Source: Candidatus Omnitrophota bacterium
GTDB lineage: Bacteria; Omnitrophota; Gorgyraeia; Gygaellales; Profunditerraquicolaceae
Direction of reading: 5' to 3'
Length of the DNA stretch: 64,000 nucleotides
NCBI GenBank assembly: GCA_022710715.1
Contig: JAKLGJ010000002.1
Coordinates: forward strand, 437,453 to 501,452
Under the pieces are notes generated by a model that was given only the letters and a program-made list of their open reading frames with translations, was not told the DNA's origin and did no database searches. Below, piece by piece: positions 54,007 to 61,595 of this stretch; within the stretch, counting starts at the first letter, position 1, and each line of letters opens with the position of its first letter. A program made the translations under genes and the position numbers.

Positions 54007-55116
54007 ATGGATATTCTTGGAAAATGCCTGATGATCGCTTTTCTGGGAATGACGATGATGATCCCGGCGCGCGTTTACGCACAAGCCATACCATATAAAG
54101 GAAAGGCCGACACGATCATAGCTCGTTCTAACGGCAATTTCCAACAGATCCAGCAAGCCCTTACCCGCGCCTGGGATCGGACCATGCAGTCGAATTTCGA
54201 TTATAACGCCGACGGCGACTTCAACGACAAGGATATCGAGGCGTTTGAGACCGCTATCACTAACAGTCTGTATAATCAGAAGATGGACCTTAACGGGGAC
54301 GGGAAGCTGGACGCGGCGGATGCATCCTTAATGCGAAATCTCGCCAGGTTCGCCGCTTTATCCCGGGACGCTAAAGCTAAAACGTTGCAGGATCTGAAAG
54401 TTTCTGCCGCAGCAACGGTCATTCTCGGGCTGGCAAAATCCGGCAAAGGCAGTGAAGCAGCTACGCTGCTGCAATTGCTTGACTCCCAGGTTGTGGCGAC
54501 AATTCTCAAGGACAAACAATTCAACGACCAGCAGGTCGCCAATCTCCTGGGGCAATTCTCCGCGCAAAAAGCCAAAGAAGTCCTGGGATACTTCAGTACC
54601 GGAAAGACGGCCAGGATCATGGAAAAGATGGGGACGTTTGGGGTCGGCCAAACCGGCAGAGACCCGGGACGCGACCAGGTTACCGCGGTGCTGGCTCAAA
54701 TGCTCAATGCGCAGGACAATGATTTAAAAAGCAAGGAGAATGCCGCCGCGATCTTCAATGCCATGGAAACATCCAGGGCTGTAGAGGTGCTCAAAGGCTT
54801 GAAGTCCGCCGAGATCGCGGATCTGGTGTGTTTTGCAGACGCCGAGAAGAGCGCAACGCTTCTCGAGTCGATCGGCACAGATGCGGCCGCGGCCGTTATC
54901 GAGAGCATGTCGAACAAAAAACAGTCCCTGACTATCCTGAACACCCTCAAGGGCGATTTTTCTCGACAACTGATCGGGGTGATAGGATCCGGCGACATGG
55001 CGCGCATTCTTTACCATGCGGATAACGCTGCCATCAACGCGATCCTTGCCCGTCTTGAAGAAGATATCGCCCGGCAGATTCGCGAGGAACTCAAGAAGAA
55101 AGACGCGCTTTTCTAA
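54007..55116 (+). CDS. secreted protein with an N-terminal dockerin-like double Ca-binding loop and C-terminal MgtE_N/FliG-like helical repeats
   Basis: Signal peptide. DYNADGDFNDKD and DLNGDGKLDAAD are 12-residue EF/dockerin loops about 22 aa apart. Repeated A..L..L…A..IL..L helical motifs follow. Confidence 0.55.
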   Translation: MDILGKCLMIAFLGMTMMIPARVYAQAIPYKGKADTIIARSNGNFQQIQQALTRAWDRTMQSNFDYNADGDFNDKDIEAFETAITNSLYNQKMDLNGDGKLDAADASLMRNLARFAALSRDAKAKTLQDLKVSAAATVILGLAKSGKGSEAATLLQLLDSQVVATILKDKQFNDQQVANLLGQFSAQKAKEVLGYFSTGKTARIMEKMGTFGVGQTGRDPGRDQVTAVLAQMLNAQDNDLKSKENAAAIFNAMETSRAVEVLKGLKSAEIADLVCFADAEKSATLLESIGTDAAAAVIESMSNKKQSLTILNTLKGDFSRQLIGVIGSGDMARILYHADNAAINAILARLEEDIARQIREELKKKDALF

Positions 55117-55146
55117 GCCTGCCCGAATTTCGTTTCATACCCGCAC

Positions 55147-55179
55147 GGGGCTGCGCTTCCGCGGCGCAGCCCCTTTTCC
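55147..55179 (+). terminator. rho-independent terminator
   Basis: GGGGCTGCGC-ttccgcg-GCGCAGCCCC followed by TTTTCC. Confidence 0.7.
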
Positions 55180-55311
55180 GCAGACGCTTTCCCCAACCAT
55201 TTACCGGGCAAGAAGATACAAAAGTAATATTTCCCTTCGCTATGCCATTTTCCCAATCTATGCTATAATATCCTCAAGATTTCAGGTCAGCCATTCCGGA
55301 GGGTACGCGTG

Positions 55312-55884
55312 ATGAAAAAAGAAAAGCTGGGCGCAAAAACATTCCTCTATCCCATGCCGACCGTCCTGGTGGGCGCGCGGGTCAAAGGCAAACCGAACTA
55401 TCTGACCGTGGCGTATTGCGGTATCATGAATCACGACCCCGCCCTCATCGCCGTGGCGATCAATAAAGCACACTACACCAATCGCGGCATCAGGGAGAAT
55501 GACTGTTTCAGCGTGAATATCCCCTCGACGGCGCTGATCCGTCAAACCGATTTCTGCGGTATCTTTTCCGGCGCCCGGGTGGATAAATCCGCGGTGTTTG
55601 CATCATTTTACGGAAAACTCAAGAAAGCGCCGATGGCCGAAGAGTGTCCGGTGAATCTCGAATGCCGGCTGCGGCAGATCATCCCTTTCTCCGTGGATGA
55701 GGTGTTCATCGGCGAGATCGTCCAGGCCTATGCGCACAAGCGGTTCCTCTCCGGAAAGATGCCCGACATAAAAAAGATCGATCCCATCCTTTTCTCCATG
55801 CACGATTATTCCTACTGGGCGGTGGGGCGGCGTTTGGGCAAGGCCTGGAGTATCGGGGAGAAATTCAAGATCAAACCGCGGTGA
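55312..55884 (+). CDS. flavin reductase-like FMN-binding protein (flavoredoxin family)
   Basis: About 190 aa. Flavin_Reduct fold (…FLYPMPTVLVGARVKGKPNYLTVAYCG…). RBS GGAGGG. Preceded by a TGCTATAAT extended -10. Confidence 0.7.
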   Translation: MKKEKLGAKTFLYPMPTVLVGARVKGKPNYLTVAYCGIMNHDPALIAVAINKAHYTNRGIRENDCFSVNIPSTALIRQTDFCGIFSGARVDKSAVFASFYGKLKKAPMAEECPVNLECRLRQIIPFSVDEVFIGEIVQAYAHKRFLSGKMPDIKKIDPILFSMHDYSYWAVGRRLGKAWSIGEKFKIKPR

Positions 55885-55906
55885 TTCTTTCAGGGCGGAG
55901 GAAGAT

Positions 55907-56239
55907 ATGCAAACAGAGAAGATCGTGGGGTGGGCGCTTCTGGGGTGCGGGCTGTTGATCTGCCTGACGGCGCTTCTGGGCGCGCATGGGATCTTCACCG
56001 GAGGGGCGCAGCCGAATCAGCTTATGCGTATGGACGCCATCGTCGTCACCATCCCGGCGCAACCGCCGACGTTCCCCGGCGGAACGGTGGAGGTGATGAA
56101 GGCCGAAGCCGCCACGCATTTCATCAGTCTGATGTTCGCCTATATCCTCAATGTGTTTGTTCTGCTGGTGGGCGGCAAGGTCGCCGGCATAGGAGTTCTG
56201 ATGCTGCGGGAAATGAAATTCGTGGCAAAAGGGGGATAA
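55907..56239 (+). CDS. small membrane protein (110 aa, 2 TM), hypothetical
   Basis: RBS GGAGGAAG. Two hydrophobic helices. Confidence 0.4.
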   Translation: MQTEKIVGWALLGCGLLICLTALLGAHGIFTGGAQPNQLMRMDAIVVTIPAQPPTFPGGTVEVMKAEAATHFISLMFAYILNVFVLLVGGKVAGIGVLMLREMKFVAKGG

Positions 56240-56241
56240 GG

Positions 56242-56787
56242 ATGGTGGTGCGGTTGATCCTCGCCGTGATCCTGTGTTTTCCCGTCGCAGCCGCAGCGGA
56301 ACAGCTCACCGGAGATACGGCATGGCGTTATATCGGCGATCTCGGGCAGAAACTGACCGAACAACCGTATTACGCCATTACCCTGGACCGGCGCAATCGC
56401 AATCCGCAGACAGCCGGTTTTGTCGACGCGCTGGTTTGTGTCCCGGGACAGGAGTCCTATCGATATGTCCGGCGACAGGATGACAATCACGTCCTGTCTA
56501 TCGGCGAAAAGGGGGCAAGCCGGTTGCAGGCGCAGCTGATACGTCCGGAAACCCTGGCGTATTACCGCAAGCTCATCCTGGATAATCGGCTTAAACCCGT
56601 GGTGATACTCGAAGCGAACGGTCGGGAATCCGGCATCGTTTTTTGCGGCATCAATTCCTGCAGCGTGGTTGCGGGCTTCCGGCAGGACGGTTCAGTATAT
56701 CTCGAAGTAAAGAAGGCATCCTTTCTGTCCGACAAAACGGAACTTCCGTTCCGCGTAGTTCCGGATACTGCAGAGGCGATCAAGTAA
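56242..56787 (+). CDS. secreted hypothetical protein (signal peptide), about 181 aa
   Basis: MVVRLILAVILCFPVAAAAEQL signal. RBS AAGGGGGATAAGG. The ORF tool's upstream 104 aa are out-of-frame overlap with the preceding gene and are rejected. Confidence 0.5.
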   Translation: MVVRLILAVILCFPVAAAAEQLTGDTAWRYIGDLGQKLTEQPYYAITLDRRNRNPQTAGFVDALVCVPGQESYRYVRRQDDNHVLSIGEKGASRLQAQLIRPETLAYYRKLILDNRLKPVVILEANGRESGIVFCGINSCSVVAGFRQDGSVYLEVKKASFLSDKTELPFRVVPDTAEAIK

Positions 56788-56815
56788 GGTATCAGCAGCC
56801 TGTAAGGAGCGCATT

Positions 56816-57679
56816 ATGAACGATCAGCAAAAAACATGGGTGCTTTTGTTCCAATGTCCGGACCAGCGGGGTATCGTGGCCAAAATCTCCGATTTTATCT
56901 TTCAGCTCGACGGCAATATTATTACCGCCGATCAGTACGCTACCGCACGGCAGGGCGGAACGTTTTTCATCCGCATCGAATTCGTGATAAGCAGGGATCG
57001 CTGGAATAAGCAGTCGCTGTCCCAGGCGTTTCTGCCGGTGATCCGGCATTTCGGCGCGCACTGGAGTCTTTTCGACAAAGAAGATCCTCTGCGCATGGGG
57101 ATCTTTGTCTCGCAGCCGGATCACTGTCTGTTCGAACTGCTGTATCTGTGGAAATCCGGAGAACTCAAGGTGCGAATTCCTTTTGTGGTCTCCAATTACG
57201 AAGGCCATCGGGACCTGGTCAGCCAATTCGGGATCCCTTTCCATTTTGTCCCCGCCACACGGCAGGAGCGCAAGGAGCAGGAGCTTCTCGCTATTGCCGG
57301 CGAAGCATCCGATTTCCTGGTTCTGGCCCGGTACATGCTCACTCTTTCCGGAGATTTCCTCGCGCGCTACGGCAAGGATATCATTAATATCCACCACAGT
57401 TTTTTGCCTTCTTTCAAAGGCGCCCGTCCCTATCAACAGGCGTATGATAACGGGGTCAAAGTAATCGGCGCCACCGCGCATTTCGTGGTCGAGCATCTTG
57501 ATGAAGGGCCGATTATCAGTCAGGAAGTCGTCCGGGTGACCCATCGCGATGACGTGGAGAGCCTCAAGCGTAAAGGAAAAAACCTGGAGAAGCTCGCGCT
57601 TTCGCACGCCCTGTTGCAGTATATCGACTACCGTATCATCCGCTACCAGAACAAAACAATCGTTTTCGAGGATAAATAG
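56816..57679 (+). CDS. purU: formyltetrahydrofolate deformylase
   Basis: 287 aa. N-terminal ACT domain plus formyltransferase core (INIHHSFLPSFKGARPYQQA…HFVVEHLDEGPIISQ). Confidence 0.9.
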   Translation: MNDQQKTWVLLFQCPDQRGIVAKISDFIFQLDGNIITADQYATARQGGTFFIRIEFVISRDRWNKQSLSQAFLPVIRHFGAHWSLFDKEDPLRMGIFVSQPDHCLFELLYLWKSGELKVRIPFVVSNYEGHRDLVSQFGIPFHFVPATRQERKEQELLAIAGEASDFLVLARYMLTLSGDFLARYGKDIINIHHSFLPSFKGARPYQQAYDNGVKVIGATAHFVVEHLDEGPIISQEVVRVTHRDDVESLKRKGKNLEKLALSHALLQYIDYRIIRYQNKTIVFEDK

Positions 57680-57687
57680 AATAAGCG

Positions 57688-57827
57688 GTGCCCTGGTGGA
57701 GTATACCTTGCGCAAGCACCCAGCGTTAATAAGGAATTACGCTGGTGTTCCCTTGTGGGAATATTGCCCTGGTGGATGATACCCCGCGCAGATCTGAATT
57801 GCGCGGGTATTGCCCTGGTGGGCAAGG
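57688..57827 (+). repeat. three direct repeats of TGCCCTGGTGG (two extended to TGCCCTGGTGGAKTATACC) upstream of the octaheme cytochrome gene, plus a short palindrome CCGCGCA-N10-TGCGCGG
   Basis: Copies at 57688..57707, 57764..57783 and 57810..57827. Candidate operator array. Confidence 0.45.
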
Positions 57828-57835
57828 AGGGGGGT

Positions 57836-59077
57836 ATGGTTATACCTAAAGCGGTATTCGTAACTGTCTGTCTGTCGGTTTTCGCTTTTATTCCGGCAGC
57901 CCGGGCTAAAGAGGCGTGCGTCGATTGCCATAAGGATGTGACTGCGGGTATTGTCGCGGACTGGAAGATCAGCGCGCATGCCAAACACGATGTTTCGTGC
58001 TCCGCCTGCCACGGCAGCGCGCACAACGGTCTGGATACCGTCGACAAAGTTCTCATCCCCACTGCAGAAACCTGCGGCGGTTGTCATAAGGAAAAACTCG
58101 AGCAGTTCAAAAAAGGCAAGCACGCCGTGGCCTGGAAGGTGATGAAGGCCATGCCCACGCTGCACTGGCAGCCCATGGCCTTGATCGACGGAATGAAAGG
58201 CTGCGGCGGCTGTCATAAGATCGGGCTTAAGAGCTCCGATGAAGTCAAGCAACTGCGCGCGCAGGGATCGGGTTTCGGCGTGGCTTCCTGCGACAGCTGT
58301 CACACCCGGCATACGTTTTCCGAGGACGAAGCCCGGCAGCCGCAGGCCTGCGCTACCTGTCACATGGGATTTGATCATCCCCAGTGGGAGATGTATTCTA
58401 CTTCCAAGCACGGGGTGCGCTACCTTTTGAAACAGAACAAGGTGTTGCCGGAAACCGCTGCGGCTCCCAGTTGTCAGACCTGTCACGTGCAGGGCGGCAA
58501 CCATGAAAATCGCGCCGCCTGGGGATTCCTGGCGGTGCGCCTTCCGTTCCCGGACGACGAGCAGTGGAAAGGGGATCGTACGGTGATCCTGCAGGCCCTG
58601 GGCGTGCTTGATCGCGAGGGTAAGCCTACGGCGCGGCTGGATACGGTCAAGGAAACGGCTCTGTGCCGTTTGAGTCAGGATGAATGGCTCGCCGCCCGGC
58701 GGACAATGATCGCCGCCTGCCGGCAGTGTCACTCTGCGGCGTTTACCGCTTCCGAGCTTTCCAAGGGCGACGCCATGATCAGGGAAGCCGATCGTCAGAT
58801 GGCCGAAGCGATACGCACGGTGGCCGGGCTGTATAAAGACGGATTGATCAAGAAGCCGCATGCATATATGCAAGCGTTTCCCGACCTGCTGGCTTTTCAC
58901 GACGCGCCCACTCCGATCGAGACGAAGCTGTTTCTGATGTTCATGGAATATCGCATGCGCGCTTTTCAGGGCGCTTTCCATATGAATCCCGATTATGCTT
59001 TCTGGTACGGGTGGAGTTCGTTGCGCCAGGCGTTGACTGAAATCAAGGCGCTTGACGAGCAGATGCGCAGGAAATAG
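57836..59077 (+). CDS. octaheme c-type cytochrome (8 CxxCH motifs; HAO/ONR-like multiheme family)
   Basis: Signal peptide. CVDCH, CSACH, CGGCH, CGGCH, CDSCH, CATCH, CQTCH, CRQCH. RBS GGAGGGGGG. Confidence 0.8.
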   Translation: MVIPKAVFVTVCLSVFAFIPAARAKEACVDCHKDVTAGIVADWKISAHAKHDVSCSACHGSAHNGLDTVDKVLIPTAETCGGCHKEKLEQFKKGKHAVAWKVMKAMPTLHWQPMALIDGMKGCGGCHKIGLKSSDEVKQLRAQGSGFGVASCDSCHTRHTFSEDEARQPQACATCHMGFDHPQWEMYSTSKHGVRYLLKQNKVLPETAAAPSCQTCHVQGGNHENRAAWGFLAVRLPFPDDEQWKGDRTVILQALGVLDREGKPTARLDTVKETALCRLSQDEWLAARRTMIAACRQCHSAAFTASELSKGDAMIREADRQMAEAIRTVAGLYKDGLIKKPHAYMQAFPDLLAFHDAPTPIETKLFLMFMEYRMRAFQGAFHMNPDYAFWYGWSSLRQALTEIKALDEQMRRK

Positions 59078-59107
59078 TTCCGGCTTTCGATGGGCCGGAA
59101 TTTGTAC

Positions 59108-59136
59108 TTGACAAAATGATATAAATATAGTATCAT
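59108..59136 (+). promoter_or_regulatory. candidate sigma-70 promoter for the Rrf2 regulator (TTGACA-17-TATCAT); leaderless transcript predicted
   Basis: The -10 ends 6 nt before the ATG at 59143. There is no RBS. Confidence 0.55.
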
Positions 59137-59142
59137 TTAACT

Positions 59143-59550
59143 ATGAAGCTGGTTACCCGAGATACGGATTACGCGGTGAGGGCGCTGGTGTATATGGCGC
59201 AGCAGAGAGGCCGGCTGGTTACCTCCCGGGAGATGGTCGATGAGTTGCGTATACCCCGTGCGTTTCTTCGCCGGATCCTGCAGCAATTGGGCCGGCATGC
59301 CGTGCTCAAGCCTATCAAGGGAAAGATGGGCGGATTTGTTTTGAGCCTGCCGGCCGAAAAGATCAGGCTGACGGATGTGATGCGGATATTCCAGGGCAGC
59401 CTGGAGATTTCCGAGTGCATGTTCAAGAAACAGGTTTGCCCGAATAGAGCTCGGTGTTTCTTAAGGAAGCGGATCGTGAGTATCGAAGCATATGTGGTAA
59501 ACCAATTGCGCGCGATTTCCATCGCGTCATTGTTAACGGAGGCGCGTTGA
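59143..59550 (+). CDS. Rrf2 family transcriptional regulator (Fe-S cluster type, IscR/NsrR-like)
   Basis: 135 aa. N-terminal wHTH (DYAVRALVYMAQQRGRLVTSREM…). Three Cys in ECMFKKQVCPNRARC. Confidence 0.8.
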   Translation: MKLVTRDTDYAVRALVYMAQQRGRLVTSREMVDELRIPRAFLRRILQQLGRHAVLKPIKGKMGGFVLSLPAEKIRLTDVMRIFQGSLEISECMFKKQVCPNRARCFLRKRIVSIEAYVVNQLRAISIASLLTEAR

Positions 59551-60230
59551 TGAAAAAAAAGATCATCCGCATTGACGAAGAAAAGTGCGACGGTTGCGGA
59601 ATATGCGTCAAGGCCTGCGCGGAAGGCGCGCTGGCGCTGGTTAACGGCAAGGCCCGGCTGGTCAATGAACAGCATTGCGACGGATTAGGAGCCTGTATCG
59701 GTCCCTGCCCCCGGCAAGCGATCACGATCATAGAGCAGGAAGTGTGCCTGCCGGGACGCGCTGCCTGCGGGTGCCCGGGTTCTCTGGCGATGGATCTGCG
59801 TGCAAAAGCCGGCGCCCCGGACCGGCCGGCGCAGTTGCCTGCGGTTCAACCCGGCGGCGCCAGCGCTTTACAGCAATGGCCGGTGCAGCTGCATCTTTTA
59901 AATCAGCAGGCCGCCTATTTCCAGGATGCGGATATCCTGATAGCCGCGGATTGCGTGCCGGCAGCGCTGGGCGATTTTCATCCCGGCCTGCTCAAGGGCA
60001 GGATACTGATTATCTTCTGTCCCAAACTGGATAATGCCGCGCAGGAATATACCGGGAAACTGACGGAGATCTTTCGCCTGAACCGGGTGCGATCGGTTAC
60101 GGCAGCGCATATGGAAGTGCCCTGTTGCTATGGGACGATCAAGCTGGTTCAGGACGCGCTCAAAGCTTCGGGTAAACATATTCCATTCAATGAGGTCGTG
60201 GTTACTGTACGAGGAGAAATAAAACCGTGA
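59550..60230 (+). CDS. 4Fe-4S dicluster ferredoxin-domain protein with a C-terminal domain of unknown function
   Basis: [15 protein letters not shown] and [15 protein letters not shown] motifs. The start overlaps the Rrf2 stop (TGATG). The ORF tool's upstream extension is rejected. Confidence 0.65.
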   Translation: MKKKIIRIDEEKCDGCGICVKACAEGALALVNGKARLVNEQHCDGLGACIGPCPRQAITIIEQEVCLPGRAACGCPGSLAMDLRAKAGAPDRPAQLPAVQPGGASALQQWPVQLHLLNQQAAYFQDADILIAADCVPAALGDFHPGLLKGRILIIFCPKLDNAAQEYTGKLTEIFRLNRVRSVTAAHMEVPCCYGTIKLVQDALKASGKHIPFNEVVVTVRGEIKP

Positions 60231-60520
60231 TTCAGCGATGCCCGGGAGCGAATATATTCCGGCAACCGGTGCCGGAAGACATTCATTGTTCAGTCTGTTC
60301 GACGACAGTCGAGATCTGGTCGGACGAGATTGCGGTTGTCTGCCCTGGCTGTAAGACGCGGATGGTCCGGCCCAGACGGGCCAGCTGTCTGGACTGGTGC
60401 GCGCGCGCGCACGAATGCCTGGGCGCGTCCGGCGCAGCGAAGCCGGCCGGGACGAGGATAGGTATCGCCGCATTTTTTTTGCTGGCGGCAGTATGCCAGC
60501 AGTTGAGAGGAGGGATTGCC
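60227..60520 (+). CDS. Cys-rich zinc-ribbon-like N-terminal region, in frame with msrBA (separate small protein, or an N-terminal extension and membrane anchor of MsrBA)
   Basis: GTG start overlapping the upstream stop. HCSVC…CPGCK plus four more Cys, followed by a hydrophobic helix [13 protein letters not shown]. There is no stop before the msrB-like ATG at 60521. Confidence 0.3.
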
Positions 60521-61447
60521 ATGGCAGCTCCCGATAAGGGATTGACTCCTGAACAGTATCGCGTCGTACGGCTTAACGGGACGGAAGCGCCTTTCGATAA
60601 CCGCTACTGGGATAATCACCGCGCGGGTATCTATGTGGACATAGTTTCCGGTGAGCCGCTCTTTGCTTCAGTGGATAAATTCGATTCCGGAACAGGCTGG
60701 CCGAGTTTCACCCGCCCGATCAGCGATGACGCGCTGGTGAAAAAAGAAGATGCCGGCCACGGCATGGTCCGGACCGAGGTGCGTTCGAAAAAAGCGGACA
60801 GCCATCTGGGTCACGTTTTCAATGACGGTCCTGCGCCCGGCAGAGAACGCTACTGCATCAATTCCGCCGCTTTGCGTTTCATTCCGGTGGAAGATATGGA
60901 GCGGGAAGGATACGCGCGTTACCTGGCGCTGTTCAAGGACGCCCCTTCGCCCGCGACGGCGGCCGCGAAGACGGAAATCGCGGTTTTCGGCGCCGGATGC
61001 TTCTGGGGAGTGGAAGCGGCGTTTCGCGCAATTCCCGGCGTAGTCGGCACTGCGGTCGGCTATATGGGCGGAACGTCGGATAACCCCACGTATAAAGACG
61101 TCTGCTCCAGCACCACCGGGCATACCGAAGTGGTGCGGGTCGAATTCGACCCGGCGCAGGTCTCATATCAAAAGCTGGTCGAGATGTTCTGGGATATGCA
61201 CGATCCCACGCAGGACAACCGCCAGGGGCCGGATTACGGTTCCCAATACCGCTCGGTGATTTTTTACACCACGCCGCAGCAGCACAAAACCGCCCTGGCC
61301 GGCCTCAAGCGGCTGTTGTTATCAGCCAGATTCAATAAGCCGGTGGTTACCCGGATCGAAGCGGCGAAAACATTCTGGCGGGCTGAAGAATACCACCAGC
61401 AGTATCTGGAAAAGAACAGGACTGCTTCCTGCCGGTTGAAAAAATAA
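60521..61447 (+). CDS. msrBA: peptide methionine sulfoxide reductase MsrB-MsrA fusion
   Basis: MsrB: LTPEQYRV…GTEAPF…GWPSF…RYCINSAAL. MsrA: [15 protein letters not shown]…GYMGG…YHQQYL. RBS GAGAGGAGGG before the ATG at 60521. Confidence 0.8.
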   Translation: MAAPDKGLTPEQYRVVRLNGTEAPFDNRYWDNHRAGIYVDIVSGEPLFASVDKFDSGTGWPSFTRPISDDALVKKEDAGHGMVRTEVRSKKADSHLGHVFNDGPAPGRERYCINSAALRFIPVEDMEREGYARYLALFKDAPSPATAAAKTEIAVFGAGCFWGVEAAFRAIPGVVGTAVGYMGGTSDNPTYKDVCSSTTGHTEVVRVEFDPAQVSYQKLVEMFWDMHDPTQDNRQGPDYGSQYRSVIFYTTPQQHKTALAGLKRLLLSARFNKPVVTRIEAAKTFWRAEEYHQQYLEKNRTASCRLKK

Positions 61448-61488
61448 AAGGGACGTTCCCTGCGGAGCCACCCCTTGAAAGATAAAAC

Positions 61489-61550
61489 GGACGATTCTCT
61501 TTTTCCGGTGCCGGCGAGCCGAAAAAAATAGAACCGTCCTCTTTTTTTTC
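61489..61550 (+). terminator. rho-independent terminator after msrBA (long imperfect stem plus T-run)
   Basis: GGACGATTCTCTTTTT … AAAAAAATAGAACCGTCC, followed by TCTTTTTTTTC. Confidence 0.5.
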
Positions 61551-61595
61551 TGGTACAATAGAAGAAAGCGGCTATTTCCAGCAAAGGAGGAGAGG

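Noticed and set aside
61450-61470. Recurrent GGGACGT(T)CCC-like motif (20310, 53498, 61453) as a third repeat family
   Set aside because: Only 7 to 10 nt are shared and the contexts differ: inside the 160-bp palindrome, inside the putative riboswitch core, and in a terminator region. It is too short to distinguish from chance in GC-rich DNA.
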